Shown: positions 25,287 to 35,863, counted from the stretch's first letter. The stretch is 61,595 bases of DNA from a bacterium (GCA_016930435.1 JAFGGQ010000148.1:1-61595), one strand, 5' to 3'. Numbers and translations are program-made. The notes: a model not told the origin generated them from the letters alone.

Positions 25287-27641
25287 TTACTGCGGCTGTT
25301 TTCCCGGGGGTGAGACAAGATCCAGATAATAGAGTACTTCATCCATATTTTCGAATAGTTGAAGGTCCAATCCTTTTTTGATTTGGGGATCGATCTCCAC
25401 TAGTTTTTCCTGGTTTCGTTTGGGCAGGATGACCTTGTTTATTTTGTTGCGTTTGGCAGCCAGTAGTTTTTCAGGCAATCCGCCAATGGGCAGCAACCGT
25501 CCGTTAAGGGTTACTTCTCCGGTAAAAGCGATATCTTCAGGGAGGCTTTTTCTGGTAAATGCGGATATGATGCTCAGGGCAAGTGTAATACCTGCGGAAG
25601 GCCCGTCCTTGGGTATTCCGCCTTCGGGGACATGTATATGAATCTCTTTGCGGCGAAAGAGGGCTGGGTCGATACCCAGCATCTTGGTTCTGGATCGAAC
25701 GTATGAGAGTGCTGCCGCGGCTGATTCCTTCATCACATCGCCCAGCGAACCGGTTAGGGAAAGCTTAAAGGGAGCATCCATAAGGGCTGTTTCGATAACC
25801 ATGATGTCGCCGCCACTGGCTGTCCAGGCAAGGCCGATGGTTTCGCCGGGGAGAAGCGTTTCGGGCTTCTTGCTCTCAAGAAAGGTGTGTTGGCCTAAAT
25901 ATTTGACAAGATTCTGCTTGCTGATAAAAAGTGGTTTCTGGTTCTGTGGCTCCAGACCCTTTTCGACTAATTGTGTAGCGATTACCCGGAATACCTTGTG
26001 GATTTTACGCTCCAACTCCCGTACTCCGGCTTCCTGAGTATAATTGGTGATTATACTGAGTATAGAACTGTCGGAGAAGGTTATTCTCAGTTTTTCCAAA
26101 CCATGCGCTTTGAGACCCTTAGGGATCAGGAATTCTTTGGCTATGGCTAATTTTTCATTGTCCAGATAACCGGGGAACCTCAGTATCTCCATCCTGTCCA
26201 GAAGCGGGGGAGGAATACCCGGCAAGGTATTTGCCGTTGTGATGAACAGCACATTGGAGAGGTCGTAATCCACTTCCAGAAAATGGTCGCAGAATGCGTT
26301 ATTTTGTTCGGGATCAAGTACTTCCAGGAGGGCGCTTGCGGGGTCTCCGCGAATATCCTGACCCATCTTGTCCACTTCGTCGAGCAGGAAGACCGGATTA
26401 ATGGAACCCGCTTTTCGAAGGGATTCGATAACCTTTCCGGGTATCGCCCCGATATAAGTGCGGCGATGCCCACGGATCTGAGCTTCATCATGTACTCCGC
26501 CCAGGGATGTACGGACAAAATTCCGCCCCAGACACCGTGCAATAGACTTCCCCAGTGAGGTCTTGCCAACTCCCGGCGGACCTACAAAGCAGAGTATCTG
26601 TCCTTTAATACTCCGGGAAATTCGCATTACTGAAAGATATTCGATAATCCGGTTCTTCACTTCCTTTAGACCATAATGATCCTCATCCAGTATCTTGCGA
26701 GCTTTCTTGATGTCCAGATTGTCCCTGGTTTTGAGTGTCCAGGGGATATCCAGTAACCAGTCCAGATAATTACGAACTACCGCTGCCTCAGCGGATACCG
26801 GATGCATCCTGGTTAACCGGTTGAACTCGCGCTCTGCAACCTCCCGGATATTTTCCGGAAAATCCGCCACTTCAATGCGCTCGAAAAGCTCCCGGTATTC
26901 ATCGGATTCAAAGTTATTCTCCCCTAATTCATCCTGGATGGTCTTGAGCTGCTGCTGAAGATATAATCTGCGCTGAGAATCGGTGATCTGCTGCTTGACC
27001 TCACCATCTAACTGCTGCTCGATCTTGGAGATCTCTATCTCCTTGGTAAGATAACCTATGAGCAGTTTGAACTGGTCCAGCAAAGTTTCAGATTCAAGCA
27101 GCTTCTGCTGTTCGTTTACCCTGAGCAGAAGATGCGCGGAAAGAAGGTCGGCAAACCTCTGGGGATTATCGATCCGTAATACACTGGATGAAACTTCCAG
27201 TGGAATCCCCTCGTTATAGCGGGAATAATTCTCGAACAGGGCAGTAGCTTTTCTACGCAGAGCTTCTAAAAGGGGGGAAGTGGGATCATCGTTACGGCGA
27301 ATAACCGAGATCTTTGCCTCCAAATGATCGTCAGCCCGTAAAAACCTGATCACCTTAGCACGGTGCAAACCCTCCACCAGTACCTTTAATTCACCTTTGG
27401 GTAATCTCATTATCTGGAGTAAATTTGCAAGGGTGCCTACCCGGTAAAGCTTTCGGGAAGAGGGGTCCTCTGCCTCGGGGTCCTTCTGGGTGACCAATAA
27501 GATCTTTTTTTTGCCCATCATGGATTCCTCCAGGGCATTTATTGAATTGGTCCTGCCCACTAAAATGGGGAATACCATATTGGGAAAGACCACCAGATCG
27601 CGAAGTGGTACCAGTGGGATCTGTAAGATTTCTTCTTTCAA
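25287..27641 (-). CDS. lon: ATP-dependent Lon protease (LonA)
   Basis: PLRD N-domain, GPPGVGKT, RGHRRTYIGA, LLDEVDK, PKDGPSAG (catalytic Ser), IGGLPEK (catalytic Lys). Confidence 0.97.
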   Translation of the reverse strand: MKEEILQIPLVPLRDLVVFPNMVFPILVGRTNSINALEESMMGKKKILLVTQKDPEAEDPSSRKLYRVGTLANLLQIMRLPKGELKVLVEGLHRAKVIRFLRADDHLEAKISVIRRNDDPTSPLLEALRRKATALFENYSRYNEGIPLEVSSSVLRIDNPQRFADLLSAHLLLRVNEQQKLLESETLLDQFKLLIGYLTKEIEISKIEQQLDGEVKQQITDSQRRLYLQQQLKTIQDELGENNFESDEYRELFERIEVADFPENIREVAEREFNRLTRMHPVSAEAAVVRNYLDWLLDIPWTLKTRDNLDIKKARKILDEDHYGLKEVKNRIIEYLSVMRISRSIKGQILCFVGPPGVGKTSLGKSIARCLGRNFVRTSLGGVHDEAQIRGHRRTYIGAIPGKVIESLRKAGSINPVFLLDEVDKMGQDIRGDPASALLEVLDPEQNNAFCDHFLEVDYDLSNVLFITTANTLPGIPPPLLDRMEILRFPGYLDNEKLAIAKEFLIPKGLKAHGLEKLRITFSDSSILSIITNYTQEAGVRELERKIHKVFRVIATQLVEKGLEPQNQKPLFISKQNLVKYLGQHTFLESKKPETLLPGETIGLAWTASGGDIMVIETALMDAPFKLSLTGSLGDVMKESAAAALSYVRSRTKMLGIDPALFRRKEIHIHVPEGGIPKDGPSAGITLALSIISAFTRKSLPEDIAFTGEVTLNGRLLPIGGLPEKLLAAKRNKINKVILPKRNQEKLVEIDPQIKKGLDLQLFENMDEVLYYLDLVSPPGKQPQ

Positions 27642-27793
27642 ATATCAGCCTTTGGTTAGGTTCTTAAAAATATAAATCGAAAAGCAGGGGACAAACTAAA
27701 TAAAAAAAAATATAATGCAAATTATTTTTAAAATTATAATTTCCGGATAGCCGTATTTGATTGTTGGGGGGGTTAATCGGGTATTACAACGAT

Positions 27794-29917
27794 TTAGAAC
27801 CAACCCTCCAATCCGATCATTGGTATCATAAACGGGGGCAGTACGCCGGTTTCTTTTAGAGATGCGCCCTCACCTTGAACCCTGGTAAGGTTCTTATTGC
27901 CGAAGAGATTCCTTATTTCCAGATAAGGCCGCAGGTGAAAATTGGCTATGTTCTTTTCCCAGGCTATTGCTATATCAGTACGGGAGTATGCCGGAAATCG
28001 TTTTTGCATAAGCTCTCCATAAGGCAGTCCGGATCCATATTGATACCCGAGTCCCATTGACCAATGTGATGACAGGGCGATCTGCAGCATCAACTCCAGT
28101 TTAAAGGGCCGATCTGACTTGGATGGAAAAGGGTCCTCCCCGAAATTCTGTTCGGCTTTTAAGAATGTTACTCCCAGCCAGCCTTTTGGATTTCCCCTGG
28201 AACGTTTCATAAAAAGCTCCAGACCGCGAGCATCCCCATCGCCCTCTATATATAGATCATCCAGGGAGATGGGATGGTCGTTCATCCTGATTATTCGCTG
28301 GCTTCTGATCCACCAGCCCTCCAGAGATAAACAATAATCATTGCCCAACCATTGTTCCAGGGAGAGAATGAAATGGTGAGCTGAAGCCGGTTCGGATTGA
28401 TCCGAAAAGACCCAAAGATTCAGGGGGAAATAGAGGTCATCATCAAAGAGAGAATGAATATACTGGTACTGTAAAACCCAACCGGCTTTCAAGGCCAGAT
28501 TATCATTAAGCATATATTTGACTTTTAGATTTGGCGACAGCAGGAGGGATTTGATCCGGGCGAAATATGTGCTACGTAATCCATATTCAAAGGTGATCTT
28601 CTGGCTGAAGTAGAATTTATCCTGACCATACAGGCTGATTTGATTTTCGGTACCGGAATCCTTAAGAAAAGGAACACCGTTAGCCTCGTAAAGATAATTA
28701 AAATAGTAGCCATTATATTGAAGGCCCCAATTTAACAGGTGTTTGGAAATACCAAAATACTCAATACCGCAGGAGATGGATAGATCACTGAGGGTGTCGA
28801 TAAGAAAGACGGTACTAATATTCTCGGTTTGGTCCATACGGGTTCCGAAACTGGAGTAGGATAGACTAAGCATGGAGAGCAATTTCCCTCCCAGCAAGAA
28901 TTGATTGTTCCAATAAAGCAGTTTGCTGCTCCAGTCAAAATCAATTTTCTGGGGGGTATTTTCAAGTGTCTCCGATTCATCGCCCTGAAAATTTATTTGG
29001 TCTCCGGAAAAGAGTATTCCCAGGCTATTATTCATCCAGTTTGCCGGTTTAAGGTGTAATTTCCCCCAGAAGTCGTAAAAGTCAAAGGGCAGTTGTTTTA
29101 GCAGGGCGGTTTTTCCGGTAAATATCAGGGATGCTTTACTTGTAATGGGACCTTCAAGCTGTGCGCTCCCCCATAAAGGGGAAAGGTTGAAATTTCCGGA
29201 ATAGTTGCTTTTTGAACCATCTTTAGGATAGAATTCCAAAACGCCTCCCAGTTTTTCGCCATAATGGGGTGGCAAACCTCCGGAAATTATCTTCAGGTTT
29301 CGGATAGATGAAGCATTGAGTGCAGAGACTAATCCTCCAAGGTGATAGGGATTATATAGAGGAGCCCGGTCGAAAATTATCCGGCTCTGATCGGAACTCC
29401 CTCCCCGAAAGAATGGCTGGCTGGCAAAATCATCCAGAAAATCGATGCCGGGAAGCTTCCTGGCGATGTTCAAGGCATCGCTTCCCTGAAAAAAAAGTCC
29501 ACCGGATATCTCATCCTGGTAAAGAATCCGCTCGGATAGGACTATCTCCCTCTCAAATATCTCCCTCTCAGGGGTCTTCTGTTCCGGAGCTTCCGCCCGG
29601 AAGGCTTCAGGATATAGAATTACCCTTACTTCTGTAATTTCATCCGCTTGAATCTCCACCTGGATAACGGTATCCCCGTAACCGATCCGGGTTATCTTCA
29701 GATCATGGGAACCAGCGGGAACGCCCTCCATAAAGAACAGGCCGTTTAACTCGGAAAAGGATTTTTTATTTGTGTTCAGCAGATCGATATGAGCATAAGA
29801 CAGTGGTTCTTCATGGTCATCCAGGATATTTCCCTGCAGAAAACCCGTTTCCCGGGCATAAAGAACACTGAATAATAACAACAGATTTATGAACAGAAAT
29901 TGAAGAATTTTCTTCAT
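27794..29917 (-). CDS. TonB-dependent receptor with N-terminal carboxypeptidase-regulatory-like domain
   Basis: Signal peptide; plug motifs LPG...FRGGSSDQ, YNPYHLGG, GG.P..YG..LGGV; amphipathic barrel strands; NLFG; terminal aromatic residues (EGWF). Confidence 0.88.
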   Translation of the reverse strand: MKKILQFLFINLLLLFSVLYARETGFLQGNILDDHEEPLSYAHIDLLNTNKKSFSELNGLFFMEGVPAGSHDLKITRIGYGDTVIQVEIQADEITEVRVILYPEAFRAEAPEQKTPEREIFEREIVLSERILYQDEISGGLFFQGSDALNIARKLPGIDFLDDFASQPFFRGGSSDQSRIIFDRAPLYNPYHLGGLVSALNASSIRNLKIISGGLPPHYGEKLGGVLEFYPKDGSKSNYSGNFNLSPLWGSAQLEGPITSKASLIFTGKTALLKQLPFDFYDFWGKLHLKPANWMNNSLGILFSGDQINFQGDESETLENTPQKIDFDWSSKLLYWNNQFLLGGKLLSMLSLSYSSFGTRMDQTENISTVFLIDTLSDLSISCGIEYFGISKHLLNWGLQYNGYYFNYLYEANGVPFLKDSGTENQISLYGQDKFYFSQKITFEYGLRSTYFARIKSLLLSPNLKVKYMLNDNLALKAGWVLQYQYIHSLFDDDLYFPLNLWVFSDQSEPASAHHFILSLEQWLGNDYCLSLEGWWIRSQRIIRMNDHPISLDDLYIEGDGDARGLELFMKRSRGNPKGWLGVTFLKAEQNFGEDPFPSKSDRPFKLELMLQIALSSHWSMGLGYQYGSGLPYGELMQKRFPAYSRTDIAIAWEKNIANFHLRPYLEIRNLFGNKNLTRVQGEGASLKETGVLPPFMIPMIGLEGWF

Positions 29918-29992
29918 TTCAAAAAAGGATAAGAACCCTTATCGGGCATATTGGAAGTATTTTTATTTGATGGTTCGGTAAAAGATTTCAGA

Positions 29993-32131
29993 TTACTCTT
30001 CCGGGTAATATCGTAAAATAGCTCCAGCTTCTCCCACTATGAATCCATAATCGGGATCGGAATTAATAAAGCTGATTTCGCTTAGATGCCCTGTATTTTC
30101 GCTATTCTGACGGTGCCAGTTGGCTCCTCCATCGTTAGTGTGGTAGATCATACCGTAAAGCCCGGTGACCCAGCCGTTATTGGCGTCGGTGAAGAACACA
30201 TCTGTCCACCAGATGGATTCGCCGGTATTCTGAAAGGTCCAGGTATCGCCGCCATCCTGAGTACTATAGATATGGCTTGTACCCCCTTCCATACTGCCTA
30301 CTACCCAACCTTGGTTAGCGCTGATAAAGTGCAGTCCCAGGAAATTAGCGATGGTGCCGCAATCCTGTTGTTCCCAGCTCTCTGCGCCATCGGTAGTATG
30401 AATAACGGTTCCGTTGTCCCCGCAGAGCCAGCCATTGTTCGGGTCTGCAAAGTACAGGTCTTTAAAATGAACTTTAGAAGGATAGACCTGAACTTCCCAG
30501 GAATCGCCTCCGTCTTCGGATTTAAGAATGGTTCCGCTATCTCCAACGGCATAACCGATGTTGTTGGTGGGGAAATAAACTTTGTGCAACCTTACCTGGA
30601 CCCCGGAGGAAACGGTGTTCCAATTCTCACCCCCGTCAGTCGTCTTGCGGATTACCCCGTCATTTCCCACTAGCCAGCCCAGGTTGTTATCCCGCATGTG
30701 AATGCTGTTAAGGTAACTGGTGGCACGGGAATTCTGATGCACCCAGATATTACCGCCGTCGGTTGTGTTTACACAAACCCCATCACTGCCAACAATCCAG
30801 CCATTATTTACATCGGTAAAGCATAGTCCGCTTAAATAACGGTTCACGCCATAGCTCTGAATGGTCCATTCTGTTCCATTGTCTTTAGTGAGCAGGATGG
30901 TACCTACCCGTGCGGAGGTTCGGTATCCCACTATCCAGCGGGTATCCAGGTCAATAATCCCGGTAGAATAAAGATCAGCATTTACTTCAGAATCATCGTT
31001 GGACCAGCTTGAGCCTCCGTTGGTAGTAAAAAGCACCTTGCTGGTTTTGCCCACAATCCAACCATTTTGCAGTGCTTCATGGAACCGGATTTCCAGTAAA
31101 TCCCTGATACAGCTTGAAACGTTGACTTCATTCCATGACTCACCGCCGTCCAGGGTTTTCAGGATCAGGCATTCGGAACCTACCGCCCAGCCATCGGTGG
31201 CACTGGTAAAATTAATATCCTCCAGGCGTATATCCGATTCCGGTTCCAGTTTCCGTACCCAATTTTGTCCCTGATTGCCGGAATACAGGATGCTCTTGTC
31301 CAGGCCGGAGATCCACCATTTGCTGTTGCCATAAGTACAGGCCCCAAGGAAATTGGTAGAGAAGATGGTCTTCTGGGTATAATAGGTAGTATCCCCAAGC
31401 ACTGTGTCTATAATGGTAGTATCTGTACCTACAATCAAAGTTTCCACGAAGGTTTTGTACCAGGGAATGGGAATAACGATAGTAGTATCAAGGGCATGGC
31501 GGCCCTCCCAGGATACCCCGCCATCGGAAGTAACGTAAACCACCCCTCCCGAACTGGCTATAAAACCCTGCTGGGGATCCGAAAATTCCACGTCGTTAAG
31601 GTCCTGATACCTGAATTGAACCTCCACGGTATCAAGGAAATAAAGTGTCGTATCCCGGGTGAATTGAAGGATATTATCGGGATCGGAAAAGTCAACCGAG
31701 TCAATGATCACACTGTCAACTATGGTGGAGTCAATAAAGATAAAATCATCGGCAGATATATCGGTCCAACTATCACCGCCGTCCTCAGACTTTAGCAATA
31801 GTCCTTTCTGGCCGCATGCCCAGATTACCCCACCAGGAATCCGGTCGATATCGAATAAGTCCTGCCAGATCCCGGCAAGGGGGATTGTATCCCAATCGGC
31901 CCCCTGATTAACTGTATGGGCGATGAAGCCCTCTTTCCCGGCGATAAAAGCCTCCTGGTCGCCAATTATCTCTATATCAAAAATACCGGGTACCTTGCTT
32001 CCCCCGACCCTTAACCATTGAGAATTATCCACGGGCTCAGGCTCGTTGGGGTCCTTATCACAGCTAATCATCAGTAAAGCCACTAAAATAATGGTAACGG
32101 GGCAAAACCATTTCATACTGTTTTTAAACAT
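29993..32131 (-). CDS. YCF48-like / BNR (Asp-box) beta-propeller lipoprotein
   Basis: Lipobox MISC; about 14 (S/T)xDGGxxW-type Asp-box repeats with GWxVG blades. Confidence 0.88.
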   Translation of the reverse strand: MFKNSMKWFCPVTIILVALLMISCDKDPNEPEPVDNSQWLRVGGSKVPGIFDIEIIGDQEAFIAGKEGFIAHTVNQGADWDTIPLAGIWQDLFDIDRIPGGVIWACGQKGLLLKSEDGGDSWTDISADDFIFIDSTIVDSVIIDSVDFSDPDNILQFTRDTTLYFLDTVEVQFRYQDLNDVEFSDPQQGFIASSGGVVYVTSDGGVSWEGRHALDTTIVIPIPWYKTFVETLIVGTDTTIIDTVLGDTTYYTQKTIFSTNFLGACTYGNSKWWISGLDKSILYSGNQGQNWVRKLEPESDIRLEDINFTSATDGWAVGSECLILKTLDGGESWNEVNVSSCIRDLLEIRFHEALQNGWIVGKTSKVLFTTNGGSSWSNDDSEVNADLYSTGIIDLDTRWIVGYRTSARVGTILLTKDNGTEWTIQSYGVNRYLSGLCFTDVNNGWIVGSDGVCVNTTDGGNIWVHQNSRATSYLNSIHMRDNNLGWLVGNDGVIRKTTDGGENWNTVSSGVQVRLHKVYFPTNNIGYAVGDSGTILKSEDGGDSWEVQVYPSKVHFKDLYFADPNNGWLCGDNGTVIHTTDGAESWEQQDCGTIANFLGLHFISANQGWVVGSMEGGTSHIYSTQDGGDTWTFQNTGESIWWTDVFFTDANNGWVTGLYGMIYHTNDGGANWHRQNSENTGHLSEISFINSDPDYGFIVGEAGAILRYYPEE

Positions 32132-32246
32132 TATATATCCTCCTCAGCTTTTTATTTTTTCAGTTATAATTACAAAATATTATTTCAAAATATAAACGTA
32201 CCCATAGTTGTCAAATTAAATTTTACCAAATTTGTTTTTATTTTGT

Positions 32247-32275
32247 TTGACAAAGAGGCTCTAAATATTTATATT
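32247..32275 (+). promoter_or_regulatory. Putative sigma70 promoter for tRNA-Gln-prs-rplY
   Basis: TTGACA-N17-TATATT, 25 nt before the tRNA. Confidence 0.7.
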
Positions 32276-32300
32276 CTTCAAGATTTATTGCGCTCGGATT

Positions 32301-32372
32301 TGGGGCGTCGTCAAGCGGTAAGACACAGGATTTTGGATCCTGCATTCGGAGGTTCGAATCCTCCCGCCCCAG
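32301..32372 (+). tRNA. tRNA-Gln (TTG), CCA not encoded
   Basis: Acceptor stem TGGGGCG/CGCCCCA; anticodon arm CAGGA-TTTTGGA-TCCTG; T arm GGAGG-TTCGAAT-CCTCC; usual position before prs. Confidence 0.96.
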
Positions 32373-32411
32373 TACATTATTAATTTGCTGTTATAACAGG
32401 ATTTATTAAAA

Positions 32412-33413
32412 ATGGGAAACATAAAATTATTAGTAGGGCGTTCTAATCCTGGATTAGGTAATAGGATTGTTGAACTTTTTGGGGCTGAACCGGTAACCTC
32501 GGTTCTAAAAAATTTTGCGGATGGAGAGATCCGTTTTCAGATATGTGATAACATCAGGGGAAAGGATGTATTCATCATTCAATCCACAAATCCGCCAGGG
32601 GATAATATTCTTGAGCTGTTGCTGATGGTCGATGCGGCCAAACGAGCATCAGCCCGTCGGGTCACTGCGGTAATCCCATACTTTGGCTATGCCCGTCAGG
32701 ATCGGAAGGATAAACCAAGGGTGCCGATCAGCGCAAAACTGATAGCCAATCTTCTTGCAACAGCGGGGACTGACCGCATCCTTACCCTGGATTTGCATGC
32801 CCCGCAAATACAGGGATTTTTTGATATACCCACCGATAATCTGAGCTCGGAAGGCGTCTTTAAATGGTACCTGCGGGGAGAAGGGATAGTGCCCTCCAAA
32901 GCCGACCGGGATCATAAGGTGGTAGTTGCCTCCCCCGATGTAGGGGGTGTTAAAAGGATCGAAGATTTCGCGGAGGGCTTAGAAGTAGGCATAGCAGTAA
33001 TTTACAAGAGAAGAAATCAACCTAATCAGTCTGAAGCCATTGATCTGATTGGAGATGTAGAAGGTGCTACCGTGGTTCTTAAGGATGACATCATCGATAC
33101 CGGCGGCACTTTGGCCAAAGCAGCGGACCTTTTAGTCAAGAAAGGAGCAAAGGAGGTCTTTGCCTTTTGTACTCACGCATTACTATCCACCAAGGAGGTC
33201 GATGGCAAATTGGTTTCCGCACGGGAAGTAATTGAAAAATCAAGTATAAAACAACTGATAGTAACTGATACCATCCCTATAGAGGATAAAAAGCGCTCTG
33301 TTAAGCTGAAAGTAATCCCTATTGCCAGCCTTTTTGCAGCAGCGATTAACAATATACATCTGGAAAGGTCGGTAAGTGTGCTTTTTCAGGAAAGGCCAAT
33401 ATTGCACCTCTAA
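32412..33413 (+). CDS. prs: Ribose-phosphate pyrophosphokinase
   Basis: FADGE, PYFGYARQDRK, DLHAPQIQGFF, SPDVGG, DDIIDTGGT. Confidence 0.97.
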   Translation: MGNIKLLVGRSNPGLGNRIVELFGAEPVTSVLKNFADGEIRFQICDNIRGKDVFIIQSTNPPGDNILELLLMVDAAKRASARRVTAVIPYFGYARQDRKDKPRVPISAKLIANLLATAGTDRILTLDLHAPQIQGFFDIPTDNLSSEGVFKWYLRGEGIVPSKADRDHKVVVASPDVGGVKRIEDFAEGLEVGIAVIYKRRNQPNQSEAIDLIGDVEGATVVLKDDIIDTGGTLAKAADLLVKKGAKEVFAFCTHALLSTKEVDGKLVSAREVIEKSSIKQLIVTDTIPIEDKKRSVKLKVIPIASLFAAAINNIHLERSVSVLFQERPILHL

Positions 33414-33447
33414 GATGCCATAAAAGAGAATAAAGGAGAATTTTGCC

Positions 33448-34098
33448 ATGAAAAAATTTCCATTAACTGTAAAGAAGAGAGAGAATCCCGGGAAGAAATC
33501 CGCCAAGAGTTACCGGGCTGAAGGATTGATCCCTGCGGTATTGTATGGACTGGATATTGAAAATCAGTTGCTTGCAGTACCCAAAATCGAGTTAGACAAC
33601 CTTTTAAAAGGAGTAGGATCCGAACACGCTCTTTTGGGTTTGAAGATCGGAACCCGTTCCCGCCAGGAGGTGTTAGCGGTGATCAAGGAAATCCAGCATG
33701 CTCCAGTTGATGAATCGATTCAGCATGTGGATTTTGAGCATATCAGCCCTAAACGGCCCATCACAATTGAGGTCGGCCTTGAGTTTGAAGGTGAAGCGGT
33801 GGGCCAGAAACAGGGGGGCATCGTTACCGGGCATCTCTGGGAGATTCCGGTAAAGGGTCTTATCCAGGATATCCCTGATATTATTAAGGTGAATATTACC
33901 GATCTGGAAATTGACCAATCAATACACATCAAAGACCTTAAAGTTGAAGGATTCGAGATATTGGTGGATCCTGACCGGACAGTAGTGACAATCTCTTCAC
34001 CTAAGAAGATCACCGTAGAGGAAAAGGCCGAAGAAGAGGTTGAAGAAGCCGAGGAGATTGGTGAGGAAGCGGCAATAAAAAAGGAAAGCAAAGAATAG
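33448..34098 (+). CDS. rplY: 50S ribosomal protein L25 (long Ctc/TL5 form)
   Basis: GLIPAVLYG, IQHVDF, GEAVG..QGG, acidic tail. Confidence 0.95.
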   Translation: MKKFPLTVKKRENPGKKSAKSYRAEGLIPAVLYGLDIENQLLAVPKIELDNLLKGVGSEHALLGLKIGTRSRQEVLAVIKEIQHAPVDESIQHVDFEHISPKRPITIEVGLEFEGEAVGQKQGGIVTGHLWEIPVKGLIQDIPDIIKVNITDLEIDQSIHIKDLKVEGFEILVDPDRTVVTISSPKKITVEEKAEEEVEEAEEIGEEAAIKKESKE

Positions 34099-34161
34099 CT
34101 GGATATATAGAAATCCTTTAAAGGATATTTGACCGATAAATGATATATTTACTGAAAAATG

Positions 34162-34194
34162 ATCCCGGTGTGAAAACGCGCCGGGATTTTTTTT
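34162..34194 (+). terminator. Intrinsic terminator after rplY
   Basis: Hairpin ATCCCGGTGTG-AAAA-CGCGCCGGGAT followed by a T run. Confidence 0.8.
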
Positions 34195-34315
34195 GCAGTT
34201 AAATTTTTTTAAAAAATAATTGATTTTATTTAAGACTTAACTTATTATAAACTATATTTGCAAAAGAGAAAGTAAATCCAAAATAGTTCTATAAGTAAAG
34301 TAAAGGAGAGATGGA

Positions 34316-35863
34316 ATGATTCCAGAGTTTAAGACTATGCCTTATGTGGATTTTAATCAGCCGGGCCCTCGTGAAAAGATGGAAAAAGCGATAGCTTATG
34401 TTCAGTCACAAGTGGGTAAGGAATATGGTTTGATAATAGATGGGGAGGAGATATTTACGGAGGGCAAGATAAAATCAATAAATCCCGGGAATGTTGATGA
34501 AATAGTAGGAATTCATTCCAAATGTACCAAGGAGCTTGCAGAGAGGGCAATGCAAAGCGCCCTGAAGGCCTTCGATAAATGGAAGAAAGTACCCGGTAAG
34601 GTCCGCGCACGGTATCTTTGGAAGGCTGCCTCAATAATGAAGGAAAGGATCTATGAGCTTTCAGCATGGATGGTCTTTGAGGAGGGTAAAAACTGGCTGG
34701 AAGCCTATGCGGATACCTGTGAGGCAATCGATTTTCTGGAATTCTATGGACATCAGATGGTAAAGTTGGATAGTATCCAACCGTTGACCCGAATGGAAGG
34801 CGTGGATAATGAGCTTCACTATATTTCCCTCGGAGTCGGGGTGGTCATACCTCCATGGAATTTTCCTTGTGCTATTATGGCTGGAATGACAACCGCAGCG
34901 ATTGTTTCGGGTAATTCTGTATTGTTGAAACCGGCAAGTACGGCTCCCACCATAGCCCGGAAATTCGTGGATATCATGCGGGAAGTGATGTTACCTCCCG
35001 GAGTGCTCAATTTCATACCGGGTTCCGGAAGTGAGATCGGTGATTTTATCGTGGAACATCCCAAAACCCGTTTTATCGCTTTTACCGGTTCCATGGAGGT
35101 TGGTTTGAGGATACAGGAGCTGGCCTCTAAATGCTCCCCTGGTCAAATATGGGTAAAACGAACAATCCTGGAGATGGGGGGTAAGGATGCCATAGTGGTG
35201 GACAATAGCGCCAAATTAGATGAAGCGGCGACCGGTATAGTAGCAAGCGCATTCGGGTTCCAGGGTCAGAAGTGCTCGGCATGCTCACGGGCCATTGTAG
35301 TCAAAGAAGTATATGATGAACTGCTACAATTGATCATTGATAAGGCCAAGAAAATAACCGTCGGGAATGTAAAACAATGGGAAAACTATATGGGGCCGGT
35401 AATCGATAAGTCCGCCTACGCAAAGATAATGGAATATATCGAGATCGGGAAGGGTGAGGGTAGATTAGTACTGGGCGGCGAAAAAGCGTCCGGAAATGGC
35501 TACTATATCCAGCCTACTATTATCGCTGATGTAGATTCTAATGCCCGGATAGCCCAGGAAGAAATCTTTGGGCCGGTACTTGCTTACATAAAAGCAGATA
35601 ATTACGACCATGCTCTGGAAATAGCAAATGGTACTAAATACGGGTTGACCGGTGCGGTTTTTGCTATGGACCGCATGAAGCTCGAGAGGGCCAGGGAAGA
35701 ATTTCACGTGGGGAATCTCTACCTGAACCGGAAATGTACCGGGGCCCTGGTCGATGTGGAACCCTTTGGCGGATTTAATATGTCAGGCACCGACTCAAAA
35801 GCCGGCGGCCGGGACTACCTGCTGTTATTCACCCAGGCGAAATCTGTTTCTGAAAAGATTTAA
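34316..35863 (+). CDS. pruA: L-glutamate gamma-semialdehyde (P5C) dehydrogenase, stand-alone RocA/PruA type
   Basis: EAIDFLEFY, PPWNFP, FTGS, LEMGGKD, FGFQGQKCSACS, EEIFGP, NRKCTGA, PFGGFNMSGTDSKAGG. Confidence 0.93.
   Translation: MIPEFKTMPYVDFNQPGPREKMEKAIAYVQSQVGKEYGLIIDGEEIFTEGKIKSINPGNVDEIVGIHSKCTKELAERAMQSALKAFDKWKKVPGKVRARYLWKAASIMKERIYELSAWMVFEEGKNWLEAYADTCEAIDFLEFYGHQMVKLDSIQPLTRMEGVDNELHYISLGVGVVIPPWNFPCAIMAGMTTAAIVSGNSVLLKPASTAPTIARKFVDIMREVMLPPGVLNFIPGSGSEIGDFIVEHPKTRFIAFTGSMEVGLRIQELASKCSPGQIWVKRTILEMGGKDAIVVDNSAKLDEAATGIVASAFGFQGQKCSACSRAIVVKEVYDELLQLIIDKAKKITVGNVKQWENYMGPVIDKSAYAKIMEYIEIGKGEGRLVLGGEKASGNGYYIQPTIIADVDSNARIAQEEIFGPVLAYIKADNYDHALEIANGTKYGLTGAVFAMDRMKLERAREEFHVGNLYLNRKCTGALVDVEPFGGFNMSGTDSKAGGRDYLLLFTQAKSVSEKI

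Noticed and set aside
29993-32131. Photosystem II assembly role for the YCF48-like protein
   Set aside because: The fold is a generic Asp-box propeller found widely in non-phototrophs, and no photosynthesis genes are present.
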